Shown here piece after piece: positions 9,984-18,197 of a DNA stretch of 60,602 bases. The notes below the pieces were generated by a model. That model had not been told where the DNA came from, did not search any database, and saw nothing but the letters and a program-made list of their open reading frames with translations. Origin of the DNA: Verrucomicrobiota bacterium (GTDB lineage: Bacteria; Verrucomicrobiota; Verrucomicrobiia; Verrucomicrobiales; DEV007); assembly GCA_045046875.1 (NCBI GenBank), contig JASFYY010000020.1, positions 1 through 60,602 of the forward strand, given 5' to 3'. The translations under genes and the position numbers were made by a program. Numbering within the stretch: the stretch's first letter is position 1; the number at the start of each line of letters is the position of its first letter.

Positions 9984-12602
9984 ATGAAAAGAAGAACACT
10001 ATTAAAAAGCTCGGCAAGCGCTGTTGCCCTATCAACCGGGGTGACCAAAACGGGATGGGCGGTACCTTCGGGTGATGAAATCGAGCTAGAAGGCAAAGAG
10101 GCCAAAACCGATTGTTATGCGGCTTGCCCTTATTGCGGAGTAGGTTGCGGAACGATCATCAAAACCAAAAACGGCCGTATCACCAACATCGTACCGGATA
10201 AAGATCACCCTACCAACAAAGGCCTGCAGTGCATCAAAGGCCTGACCTCGGCCGAGGCCATCTACGTCAATCGTCTGACCAAACCGCTGATCCGCAAAGA
10301 TATGTCGGATCCGCTGCGTGGCCATGTTTCCAAAACCAAAGGTTCCTACGATCCCGAACTGTTCCGCGAAGCCTCTTGGGAGGAAGCCGAAGAATTGATC
10401 GCCGAGCAGATCACCGAAATCATCAAGGAATCCGGTGGCAACTCCGTGGGACTCTACGGATCCGGACAACTCTCGCTCGAAGGGCAGTATCTGGAAAACA
10501 TCTTCATGAAAGGTGTGATCGGCTCCAATACGATCGAGGCCAACGCACGTATGTGCATGACTTCGGCAGTGACCGGTTATTTTAAATCACTGGGCTCGGA
10601 CACCCCGCCCACCTGTTATGATGATGTCGAACTGGCGGACATGATTTGTTTCTGGGGACACAATGCGCGTGGCGCCCATCCGATTCTATACTGGCGTGTC
10701 GCCGATACCAAGGCCAAGCGCGACATTCCTACTCTAGTGGTCGATCCTCGCCGCACGGGTACCGTGATGGGCTTGGAGGATGTGGATAAAAACAACAGCT
10801 TCCACTTCCCCACCATCAATGGTGATATTTCGATTCAAAATGCCATCGCCTGGGCGATTCTGAACAAACACCCCGAAGCGGTGAACTGGGAGTTTTTGAA
10901 AAAACACACCTCCGGCTGGGAAAACTACATCAAAGAAGTCAAAGAGGGCTACAAACCCGAGGACGTCGAAGACCGCACCAAGATCCCCGCAGCCGAAATT
11001 TACGAAATCGCAAAAATCTGGGCAGAAAAAAGTGTTCAGGGTCGCGAACGCGGCAGCGGCGGCGTGCTCTGTATCTGGGGCATCGGCTACAACCAGCACC
11101 TGCATGGCCAGAACAATACCATGAGCTTGGTCAACTTACTCGCTCTGACCGGAAACATCGGTCGTCCCGGTTGCGGACCTCACTCCCAGACTGGACAACC
11201 CAACGCCATGGGAGAACGTCTCACCGGCGGACTTACCGGACGTTTGCCTTTTAATATCGGCATCAAGGATGACAAACACCGCAAATGGTGTGCCGAGCAA
11301 TGGGGCATCCCGCAAGAGCGCCTCGACGCGGTCGCCAAAATGGAGAACGTCGGCATGGCCGTTGGCATGATGGAACGCGCACTGAAAGGCGAGGTCAAAG
11401 CGATGTTCCTGATCTACGCGACTCACATCGACCTTCCCGATGCTTATAACCTGTCGCGACCAGCGCTGACCAAAACCTTCACGGTGGCCCAGGAAATCTA
11501 CAAAGACGCACCGAACAATCTATACGCCGACGTGATTCTGCCCGCCGCCACTTGGGGCGAATGGGTCAACGGCATTTACATCCAATCGGAACGTCGTCTC
11601 TACATCAATGAAGGCACCGGCAATCCGGTCAAAGGCTGCCGTCCGGACATGGACATGGTGATCGACAAAGGCAAGTTGATTGCAGAAAAACTCGGTCTCG
11701 ATGCAGAAAAAATCTTCCCTTACCAACGTAAGGAAAACGGTTTTTACGATCCTGAAGAGGTGTTCCGTGATTTCATCAAAGCCTCCAAAGGCAGCGACTG
11801 CGATCTCACTGGTATCCTTGAAGTGGAAAAAGAAACCGGCAAGTCTCCTTATGAGCAGATCAAGGAACTGCGCGGTATCCAATGGCCGGCACCAACCGCA
11901 GCCATCGCCAAAGCCGGCGGCACCAAACGCCGCTACATGGGGCAGGAAGCCGCTTGGCCGGACAAACCCTATTCTGAGTTCCGTCACAAGGACGGCAAGA
12001 TGCACTTCAACATGTGCCATCAGGATTATTCCAACTATCGCGAGATCACCGACGAACTCTCGAAAGTGGGCGTCGAGCCAGGCTTTTACATCACCGATCA
12101 CATGGATCTACTGGTGAAAGCCCGTGACGCCGGACTGACCCCTGAGCTTCCGCACGCGGAGCACCTCGGCAAAAAAGCAGGCGAAGCACCCAAGGGAACC
12201 TACCCTTTCTGGTGGGCCACCGGCGTGGTTTACGAACACTTCCACACCGCAAAAACCATCCGTGCGGGTACCACCAAAAAACTGGTGCCAGAGATGTACG
12301 TGGAAATGCACCCCGACGACGCCAAGGAGCTGGGAGTCAAAGACGGCCAGTGGGTCAAAATCACCACTCGTCGTGGATCGATCGAAGCCCGTGCTTCCGT
12401 CGGCCTGGATTCCGCAGTCAAACCAGCGCGTAATACCGTACCTAAAGGTTTCCTCTTCAGTCCGTGGAATCTGTCAGTGGCAGACTCAGCGGATCCGAAG
12501 AAAAACAAATGGTTGGCCAATGGCACCACTCACCGGGCCTTTGATCCGGTGTCGGGCCAGGCTGACTTTAAAAAATGCGCAGCGCGAGTAGAACTTCTGT
12601 GA
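9984..12602 (+). CDS. Tat-exported molybdopterin (bis-PGD) oxidoreductase, nitrate reductase family (NapA/NasA/NarB-like)
   Basis: MKRRTLLK twin-Arg signal, CPYCGVGC...C [4Fe-4S], ANARMCMTSA (Cys-Met), TGQPNAMG, C-terminal molydop-binding domain (VEMHPDDAKELG, DPVSGQADFK). Confidence 0.85.
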   Translation: MKRRTLLKSSASAVALSTGVTKTGWAVPSGDEIELEGKEAKTDCYAACPYCGVGCGTIIKTKNGRITNIVPDKDHPTNKGLQCIKGLTSAEAIYVNRLTKPLIRKDMSDPLRGHVSKTKGSYDPELFREASWEEAEELIAEQITEIIKESGGNSVGLYGSGQLSLEGQYLENIFMKGVIGSNTIEANARMCMTSAVTGYFKSLGSDTPPTCYDDVELADMICFWGHNARGAHPILYWRVADTKAKRDIPTLVVDPRRTGTVMGLEDVDKNNSFHFPTINGDISIQNAIAWAILNKHPEAVNWEFLKKHTSGWENYIKEVKEGYKPEDVEDRTKIPAAEIYEIAKIWAEKSVQGRERGSGGVLCIWGIGYNQHLHGQNNTMSLVNLLALTGNIGRPGCGPHSQTGQPNAMGERLTGGLTGRLPFNIGIKDDKHRKWCAEQWGIPQERLDAVAKMENVGMAVGMMERALKGEVKAMFLIYATHIDLPDAYNLSRPALTKTFTVAQEIYKDAPNNLYADVILPAATWGEWVNGIYIQSERRLYINEGTGNPVKGCRPDMDMVIDKGKLIAEKLGLDAEKIFPYQRKENGFYDPEEVFRDFIKASKGSDCDLTGILEVEKETGKSPYEQIKELRGIQWPAPTAAIAKAGGTKRRYMGQEAAWPDKPYSEFRHKDGKMHFNMCHQDYSNYREITDELSKVGVEPGFYITDHMDLLVKARDAGLTPELPHAEHLGKKAGEAPKGTYPFWWATGVVYEHFHTAKTIRAGTTKKLVPEMYVEMHPDDAKELGVKDGQWVKITTRRGSIEARASVGLDSAVKPARNTVPKGFLFSPWNLSVADSADPKKNKWLANGTTHRAFDPVSGQADFKKCAARVELL

Positions 12603-12633
12603 TGCTCGTCACTGCGACAAGAAAGTCTGAATC

Positions 12634-13287
12634 TTGTCTGAAAAATCATCATCTGAAAAAAGTAGCGGACTCAGTAGAAAACGCTTCATCGGCTCATTTG
12701 TTCTTGGATTAGGGGCAACCCTGCTATTGCCCCTGATCGAAAAACTGCCGATTTCCGCCCAGGTAAAACTGAAACGCTTCCTGCGCCCGCCGGGAGCGCA
12801 AAGTGAAGCGCTTTTTTTACAAAACTGCATCGCCTGCGGTCAATGCGCCAACGTCTGTCCCAACCAATGCATCAGCCTTTATGGGCTGGAAGCAGGATTG
12901 GAGAACCTAGGCACACCGCGTATCACAGCGCGCGCCCAAGCCTGCATTCTCTGCATGGCCTGCACCCAGGTCTGCCCCACCGATGCGCTTGAAAAACTCG
13001 AACCCACCAAGGAAGGCAAGCGTGCCGTGCAAATGGGCGTCGCTGTTCTTTCCGAGGATCTTTGTTACTCTTTTGCAGGTCGCACCTGCGGAGTCTGCTA
13101 CCGCGCCTGCCCCTTGCCCGGGGAAGCAATGACCATCGGTCTATTTGAGCAACCCCACGTGCACGCCGAACACTGTGTCGGCTGTGGCCTGTGCGAACAA
13201 GCCTGTGTGAAAATGCCGCAGGCCATCCGCATTATTCCCCGTCTCGAACTTGAAAATGCGGCTAAATCCCAAACAAAAATATCATGA
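12634..13287 (+). CDS. NapG/MauM-like polyferredoxin 1
   Basis: LRPPGA motif and four Cys clusters (CIACGQCANVCP, CILCMACTQVCP, C...CGVCYRACP, CVGCGLCEQAC). TTG start is uncertain. Confidence 0.85.
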   Translation: MSEKSSSEKSSGLSRKRFIGSFVLGLGATLLLPLIEKLPISAQVKLKRFLRPPGAQSEALFLQNCIACGQCANVCPNQCISLYGLEAGLENLGTPRITARAQACILCMACTQVCPTDALEKLEPTKEGKRAVQMGVAVLSEDLCYSFAGRTCGVCYRACPLPGEAMTIGLFEQPHVHAEHCVGCGLCEQACVKMPQAIRIIPRLELENAAKSQTKIS

Positions 13288-13892
13288 TACGTCGAAAATT
13301 CACTCGAATGGTATTGCGCACCGTAGGCGTAAGCATCGCATCCTTTGCCGGACTCGGTGCTTTTGCCGGTTTGTTAAAAAGAAAAGCCGCGCCCAATCCT
13401 GTAATAGGAGAACCCGAAATCATCCGCCCTCCCGGCGCCTTGGAAAACGAAGCCGACTTTTTATCCCAATGCATCCGTTGTGCCCGCTGTCGTGATGCCT
13501 GCCCCACCGGCGCGATCAAACTGGGAGGATTCAGCGATCCCGCACAACTGGGCACGCCTTACGTTTTGCCCTTTGAATCAGGTTGCAACTTGAGCCTCGC
13601 CTGCACCACCACCTGCCCCACCGACGCGCTGCAACTGCTGACCCTCACCAAAGACGTGAACATGGGACTTGCCGTGGTTGATGAACGCACCTGCGTTTCG
13701 TTCAATGGCACCGGAGTCTGCGGTGCGTGCCACACCGCCTGCCCCTTCAAAAATTTCGCCATCACCCAAGGCTCGCACAACGCCCCCACCGTTCACCAAG
13801 ACCACTGTGTCGGCTGCGGTTTGTGCGAAGAAGCTTGCATCGTTGATGGCATCAAAGCTATTCGAGTTTTTTCCGGAAGGGAGTCCCTATGA
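13284..13892 (+). CDS. NapG/MauM-like polyferredoxin 2
   Basis: IRRKF twin-Arg-like start, IRPPGA, CIRCARCRDACP, CNLSLACTTTCP, CGACHTACP, CVGCGLCEEAC. Confidence 0.85.
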   Translation: MIRRKFTRMVLRTVGVSIASFAGLGAFAGLLKRKAAPNPVIGEPEIIRPPGALENEADFLSQCIRCARCRDACPTGAIKLGGFSDPAQLGTPYVLPFESGCNLSLACTTTCPTDALQLLTLTKDVNMGLAVVDERTCVSFNGTGVCGACHTACPFKNFAITQGSHNAPTVHQDHCVGCGLCEEACIVDGIKAIRVFSGRESL

Positions 13893-14905
13893 GCAAATTA
13901 TTCACCACCCCATCCGGCTTTGCCGGTTCAACTCTGGTACAAGTTCTGCGCCATACAATTCGTTTGGCGATATTACTAAGCATCATCGGTGTCGGCCTAG
14001 TGGCTCACTACCGGGTTTTTGTCACCAAGGAAAAAATCAATGTCATCCAGTCGGAAGACAACCCCAACCTGGCGCGCAAAACCGCCCTGATGATGCACGA
14101 GCACCTACAAACTGCCGAAGTTCAACGGGGCGTCGAACAAAAACGCCTGTCCGATATTCGAGGCAATACCTGGTCAGCCGACATCTACGGCTTCAGCGTG
14201 ACCGACCCTCTCGCCGGGGCAGAATCAGTGGCTACCAGTCGCACTATAACCAAATCCCTGCTGATCGGCTTGGCTCTGCCTGTGATCGCCACCCTGCTAC
14301 TGGGACGTTTTTTCTGCTCGTGGATTTGCCCGGCAGGATTCCTCTTCGACATCGCCGACCGCCTGCGTGCCCTGTTGCAAAAAATCGGTGTGCCGGTGCA
14401 TCACCTTCACCTCTGGCGCGGCAATAAATACGTGCTGCTGGTGACCGGACTGATCATTGGCGCGGTTGTGGGCGTTCCTGTGCTGGGAGCTTTTTATCCA
14501 CCCGCCGTACTCGGCCGGGAGATCAGCCACCTCACCGCCTCCTTTTTCTCGGTGCTCAGCGACTACCCTGTAGTGACAGGTATTTCCCTCAGCGGACTAT
14601 TCATTGTCGGTATCATCATCGCCGAGACCTTTGTCAGTCGCCGTCTGTGGTGTCGCTATGTCTGCCCCGGCGGCGCCTTGTATTCCCTGATTGGAATGGG
14701 ACGAGCGGTGCGGGTTCACAACGACCTGAAACAGTGCACCCACTGCACCGAATGTGTGCAAGTCTGCCCAATGGGTCTCAACCCGATGAAAACAAAATCA
14801 CCAGGCATCGAATGTGACCAATGCATGCTGTGCCTGAACACCTGCCCACCCGGATCGCTGAGCTTGCAATTCGGGCTAGCCAAACAAAACAAGGGGAATG
14901 ACTGA
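13889..14905 (+). CDS. NapH/MauN-like membrane ferredoxin 1
   Basis: TM helices, TDPLAG, GRFFCSWICP, RLWCRYVCPGGALY, two C-terminal CxxCxxCxxxCP. Confidence 0.87.
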   Translation: MSKLFTTPSGFAGSTLVQVLRHTIRLAILLSIIGVGLVAHYRVFVTKEKINVIQSEDNPNLARKTALMMHEHLQTAEVQRGVEQKRLSDIRGNTWSADIYGFSVTDPLAGAESVATSRTITKSLLIGLALPVIATLLLGRFFCSWICPAGFLFDIADRLRALLQKIGVPVHHLHLWRGNKYVLLVTGLIIGAVVGVPVLGAFYPPAVLGREISHLTASFFSVLSDYPVVTGISLSGLFIVGIIIAETFVSRRLWCRYVCPGGALYSLIGMGRAVRVHNDLKQCTHCTECVQVCPMGLNPMKTKSPGIECDQCMLCLNTCPPGSLSLQFGLAKQNKGND

Positions 14906-14918
14906 AGCTGCAAATCCC

Positions 14919-14981
14919 GGCAAGCGAAGCGCTCGCCCTACAGACGCACCGCCTCATTGTAGGGCGGCCGCTCCGGTTGCC
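14919..14981. repeat. Inverted REP doublet (REPIN/BIME-like), family B copy 1
   Basis: GGCAAGCGAAGCGCTCGCCCTACA (14919-14942) and TGTAGGGCGGCCGCTCCGGTTGCC (14958-14981) are imperfect inverted copies. The same pair recurs at 33070-33144. Confidence 0.75.
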
Positions 14982-15022
14982 CACTCAACCCACCCGACCT
15001 CAATCCGGTCAACTGCTCCACT

Positions 15023-15976
15023 ATGAAATCAGGACGTCTGCTGCTGGCCATCTCCATTATCTCCCGAATCGGGGTGGTGACGATCCTTTGCGCCCTGGCT
15101 TTATTAACCCATTACCACAATCTCAAAACCGCCTATAACAATCCCCGCCTAGTCGAACTCAGCAGCGGCAAAACAGCTCGTTTTCTTTACCAAAGCAGCG
15201 ACGACTTTTTATCCTTGTTCGGTGATCCGCAACAAGTCGCCCGCAAAAGCGGCGGCATGACCTGGTCCATCCGCCTCGCCGGCATTCCTTTCACCGACCC
15301 CGTCGCCGCGCTCTCTGTCCTGGCAAAAAACCGCCGTTGGGAACTCGGTTTTGCCTTGGGGCTGATCGTGCCCCTGAGCCTGGCTTTCATCTTTGGACGG
15401 GTTTTCTGCTCTTACATCTGCCCCGCATCCCTACTGTTTTTCTCCATTTCCCGACTGCGGAAATTGCTCTCCCCTATTTTCTTTTTCCCCGACCTCAAAA
15501 TAAGCCGGGGGTTTTCCTGGGGAATCCTCGTCGGCGGCCTGAGTCTGGCCGTTTGGTACAGTCATGGCATTTGGATCCTCATCCTACCCTACTTTGCTAT
15601 TGGCCAGACCATCTACGCAGGCATCGCCTCGGGCACCTTGTCGATTGCCCTTGGCAGTCTGGTGCTGTTCTGCTCCCTCGACCTGTTTCTCGGCAAACAA
15701 TTCACCTGCCGCTACGTCTGCCCGACCGGCCGCTTACTGGGTTTCATCGGCAGGAAGTCGCCGATCACCATCCAACGCGACAGCAGCACCTGCCTCGACT
15801 CCTGCCAGAGTTGCATAGACGTCTGCCCAATGAAAGTGCAACCCAAATACGATGAAAGCATCGACTGCTCGATCTGCGGCGAGTGCCTGACTGTCTGCCC
15901 ACCGCAGTGTCTCTCCATCGGCTTGCGCAAGAAAACCAAAGCCGCTCCGGTTGCCGATTCTAAATCTTCCGCATGA
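15023..15976 (+). CDS. NapH/MauN-like membrane ferredoxin 2
   Basis: TDPVAAL, GRVFCSYICP, CRYVCPTG, CLDSCQSCIDVCP, CSICGECLTVCP. Confidence 0.82.
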   Translation: MKSGRLLLAISIISRIGVVTILCALALLTHYHNLKTAYNNPRLVELSSGKTARFLYQSSDDFLSLFGDPQQVARKSGGMTWSIRLAGIPFTDPVAALSVLAKNRRWELGFALGLIVPLSLAFIFGRVFCSYICPASLLFFSISRLRKLLSPIFFFPDLKISRGFSWGILVGGLSLAVWYSHGIWILILPYFAIGQTIYAGIASGTLSIALGSLVLFCSLDLFLGKQFTCRYVCPTGRLLGFIGRKSPITIQRDSSTCLDSCQSCIDVCPMKVQPKYDESIDCSICGECLTVCPPQCLSIGLRKKTKAAPVADSKSSA

Positions 15977-16590
15977 AAAAACATCTTTCCATCCTCTGGC
16001 TCGGACTCTGCGCAATCGCCTTGTGCCTGCTGCCCCTGACCGCCTTGGCTCACCACTTCAAGGGACTGCCACACTACAACTATTTCGAAAACTACCCCGA
16101 GATCCCCGAAGACGAATTTCTCGGCCAAGTCGGCGACTACGAGGTATCACTGGTCGTCTATGACTTTCAGGGTATCCAACGGGAGAACGTCGATGACCCC
16201 GATATGGTGCGCCTGTTCCTGGTCATATTCAACCTGCGCAACAACGACATCTACGGCGGCCCTTTGACCATCGAGGTGCTCGACAACGGTAAAGTTGTCC
16301 ACAGCGAACGACACAAGTCCTCGGAACTCGAGAACCTCTACTCAATGCACCAGAACCTGGCCGACACCGGCAATTACGCTCTACGCCTGACCCTGCACAG
16401 CGTCGATGATCTGCAGTGCGTGATCCCGTTTAAATTATCTTCGCAAAAAATCCACTGGGGCAAATGGGTCGCCGGCTCCATGCTGGTAGTGATCATTATC
16501 GCCGCCATCGGAGCCAGAAAAGCCCGCGTCTCAATGGATAGAAAAGAAGAAGCTGGCAGAAGGAGAGAGGAGTCAGGAGAGAGGAGTTAG
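15973..16590 (+). CDS. Hypothetical exported, C-terminally anchored protein
   Basis: Sec-type signal ending ALA, mature start HHFKGLPH, one C-terminal TM followed by basic residues. 4-nt overlap with the upstream gene. Confidence 0.75.
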   Translation: MKKHLSILWLGLCAIALCLLPLTALAHHFKGLPHYNYFENYPEIPEDEFLGQVGDYEVSLVVYDFQGIQRENVDDPDMVRLFLVIFNLRNNDIYGGPLTIEVLDNGKVVHSERHKSSELENLYSMHQNLADTGNYALRLTLHSVDDLQCVIPFKLSSQKIHWGKWVAGSMLVVIIIAAIGARKARVSMDRKEEAGRRREESGERS

Positions 16591-16646
16591 AATTTAATAT
16601 TATCACCAAAGATCCGGCTTCTACCTTCTAAATTCTACCTACTAAA
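16561..16646. repeat. Heptamer short tandem repeats, two facing arrays
   Basis: AGGAGAG-AGGAGTC-AGGAGAG-AGGAGTT-AGAATTT, then TTCTACC-TTCTAAA-TTCTACC-TACTAAA. Confidence 0.65.
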
Positions 16647-16649
16647 AAT

Positions 16650-18185
16650 ATGAACCACTCCGAAATGAACGCAAGCGGCGGCCACATGATGGACGGCATC
16701 CCCGTATGGATGGGCGTCGTAGGTTTGATCGCCATCATCATTTCTTCCCACCTGCTGGTGCGCTACCGCAAACCCTCCATCGAACTGATGGACTACCCGA
16801 AGTGGCGCTTGTTTAAGTTCAAATGGATCTCCGGCCTGGTAAAAAAATCCTGGTTCCCGCTGTTGGTGCAATCCCTGTCGATCTTCTTTTTCCTGTTAGT
16901 GATCACCGCCGGTCTGATCGGCAATGACAAACACAACATCGGCCCGGTACTGACCTGGACCTGGTGGTGGGTGCTGCTGATTTTTCTCGCTATGGGCTTT
17001 GGTAAAGTCTTCTGCATGATCTGCCCCTGGGAGGGGCTCTCTTCAATGATCACGTCTCTCTCATTCACCTCGCGGGTAAAAAAACTCGGCTTTGATCTGC
17101 CCTGGCCCAAATGGGCACGCAACATCTTCCCCGCGATCATCTTTTTCATCATTCTTACCTGGTTCGAACTCGGTCGCGACATCACCCGCTCGGCGATGTG
17201 GACCTCCATCCTCGGGCTGGTCATGGTCAGTATGGCCGTGCTCTCCGCCATCATCTTCGAAAAACGTTCCTTCTGCCGCTACGGCTGCCTGGTCGGCCGC
17301 ATCAGTGGTTTGTATTCACTCTTCGCCCCGGTCGAACTGCGCGCCGCCTCGGCTGACGTTTGCGGTGACTGCCATGGTAAAGAATGTTACACCGGCACCG
17401 CCACCACCACCGCCTGCCCGACCTTCCTCTTCCCCTCCAAGCTCAGTGAAAACTCCTATTGCACCCTGTGCACCGAATGTGTTCGCTCCTGCCCCCACGA
17501 CAATTTGGAGATCAATTTCCGCCCCATCGGCACCGATCTCAAAAACAAAGACAAATTCCAGTGGGACGAATCCATCCTCGCCGTTGTGCTGCTCTCACTA
17601 ACCAGCTTCCACGGACTCACTATGACTCCACACTGGGGACACTGGAACGGTGTATTGCGTGCCGAGACCGGCCTCGGATCCACCGCCGTCTTCACCATCC
17701 TGATGAGCCTGATGATCATTCTGCCCATTCTGCTTTTCTGGGTCGGAGCCAAAATTGCACGCAAACTTGCCCAGCCTACCGAGGTCAGTGCGGCAGAAAT
17801 CTTCAAAGCCTTTTCCTACTCTCTGATCCCCATCGCCCTGTTCTATCATCTGGCGCACAATACCATGCATTTTTTCATGGAAGCCCAACACCTCACACCA
17901 CTGTTGAGCGATCCCTTTGGTTTTGGCTGGGATCTATTCGGAACCGCAGGCAAAACCTACTTACCGCTGCTGTCGCTCAATACCATCTGGTACCTGCAAA
18001 TCACCTGCGTCATCATCGGGCACCTCTACGGCGTGGTGATGGCCGATCGTTTCGCCCGCCGTTTGTTCGGCGACAGCCCGACCGCCTTCCGTAGTTTGAT
18101 CCCGCTTATTTTCACCATGATCCTCTACTCCAGCTTCAGCGTCTGGTTGATCATGCAACCGATGGACATGCGCTCGGCGATGTGA
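16650..18185 (+). CDS. Polytopic membrane 4Fe-4S-binding protein (polyferredoxin of the broad NapH/CcoG/NosR-C-terminal type)
   Basis: About 10 TM helices, GKVFCMICP, RSFCRYGC, CGDCHGKEC...CP, CTLCTECVRSCP. Confidence 0.78.
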   Translation: MNHSEMNASGGHMMDGIPVWMGVVGLIAIIISSHLLVRYRKPSIELMDYPKWRLFKFKWISGLVKKSWFPLLVQSLSIFFFLLVITAGLIGNDKHNIGPVLTWTWWWVLLIFLAMGFGKVFCMICPWEGLSSMITSLSFTSRVKKLGFDLPWPKWARNIFPAIIFFIILTWFELGRDITRSAMWTSILGLVMVSMAVLSAIIFEKRSFCRYGCLVGRISGLYSLFAPVELRAASADVCGDCHGKECYTGTATTTACPTFLFPSKLSENSYCTLCTECVRSCPHDNLEINFRPIGTDLKNKDKFQWDESILAVVLLSLTSFHGLTMTPHWGHWNGVLRAETGLGSTAVFTILMSLMIILPILLFWVGAKIARKLAQPTEVSAAEIFKAFSYSLIPIALFYHLAHNTMHFFMEAQHLTPLLSDPFGFGWDLFGTAGKTYLPLLSLNTIWYLQITCVIIGHLYGVVMADRFARRLFGDSPTAFRSLIPLIFTMILYSSFSVWLIMQPMDMRSAM

Positions 18186-18197
18186 TTCTTTCTATTT

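Noticed and set aside
9984..12602. Formate dehydrogenase, arsenite oxidase/iodate reductase or selenoprotein assignment
   Set aside because: The ligand motif is Cys-Met, not Cys/Sec-His. It has a four-Cys [4Fe-4S] motif, no Rieske subunit gene and no in-frame TGA.
17361..17375. CGDCH as a heme c site in the 511-aa membrane protein (likewise CERCH and CGACH in the ferredoxins)
   Set aside because: They lie within Cys-rich Fe-S motifs, so a chance CxxCH is more likely.
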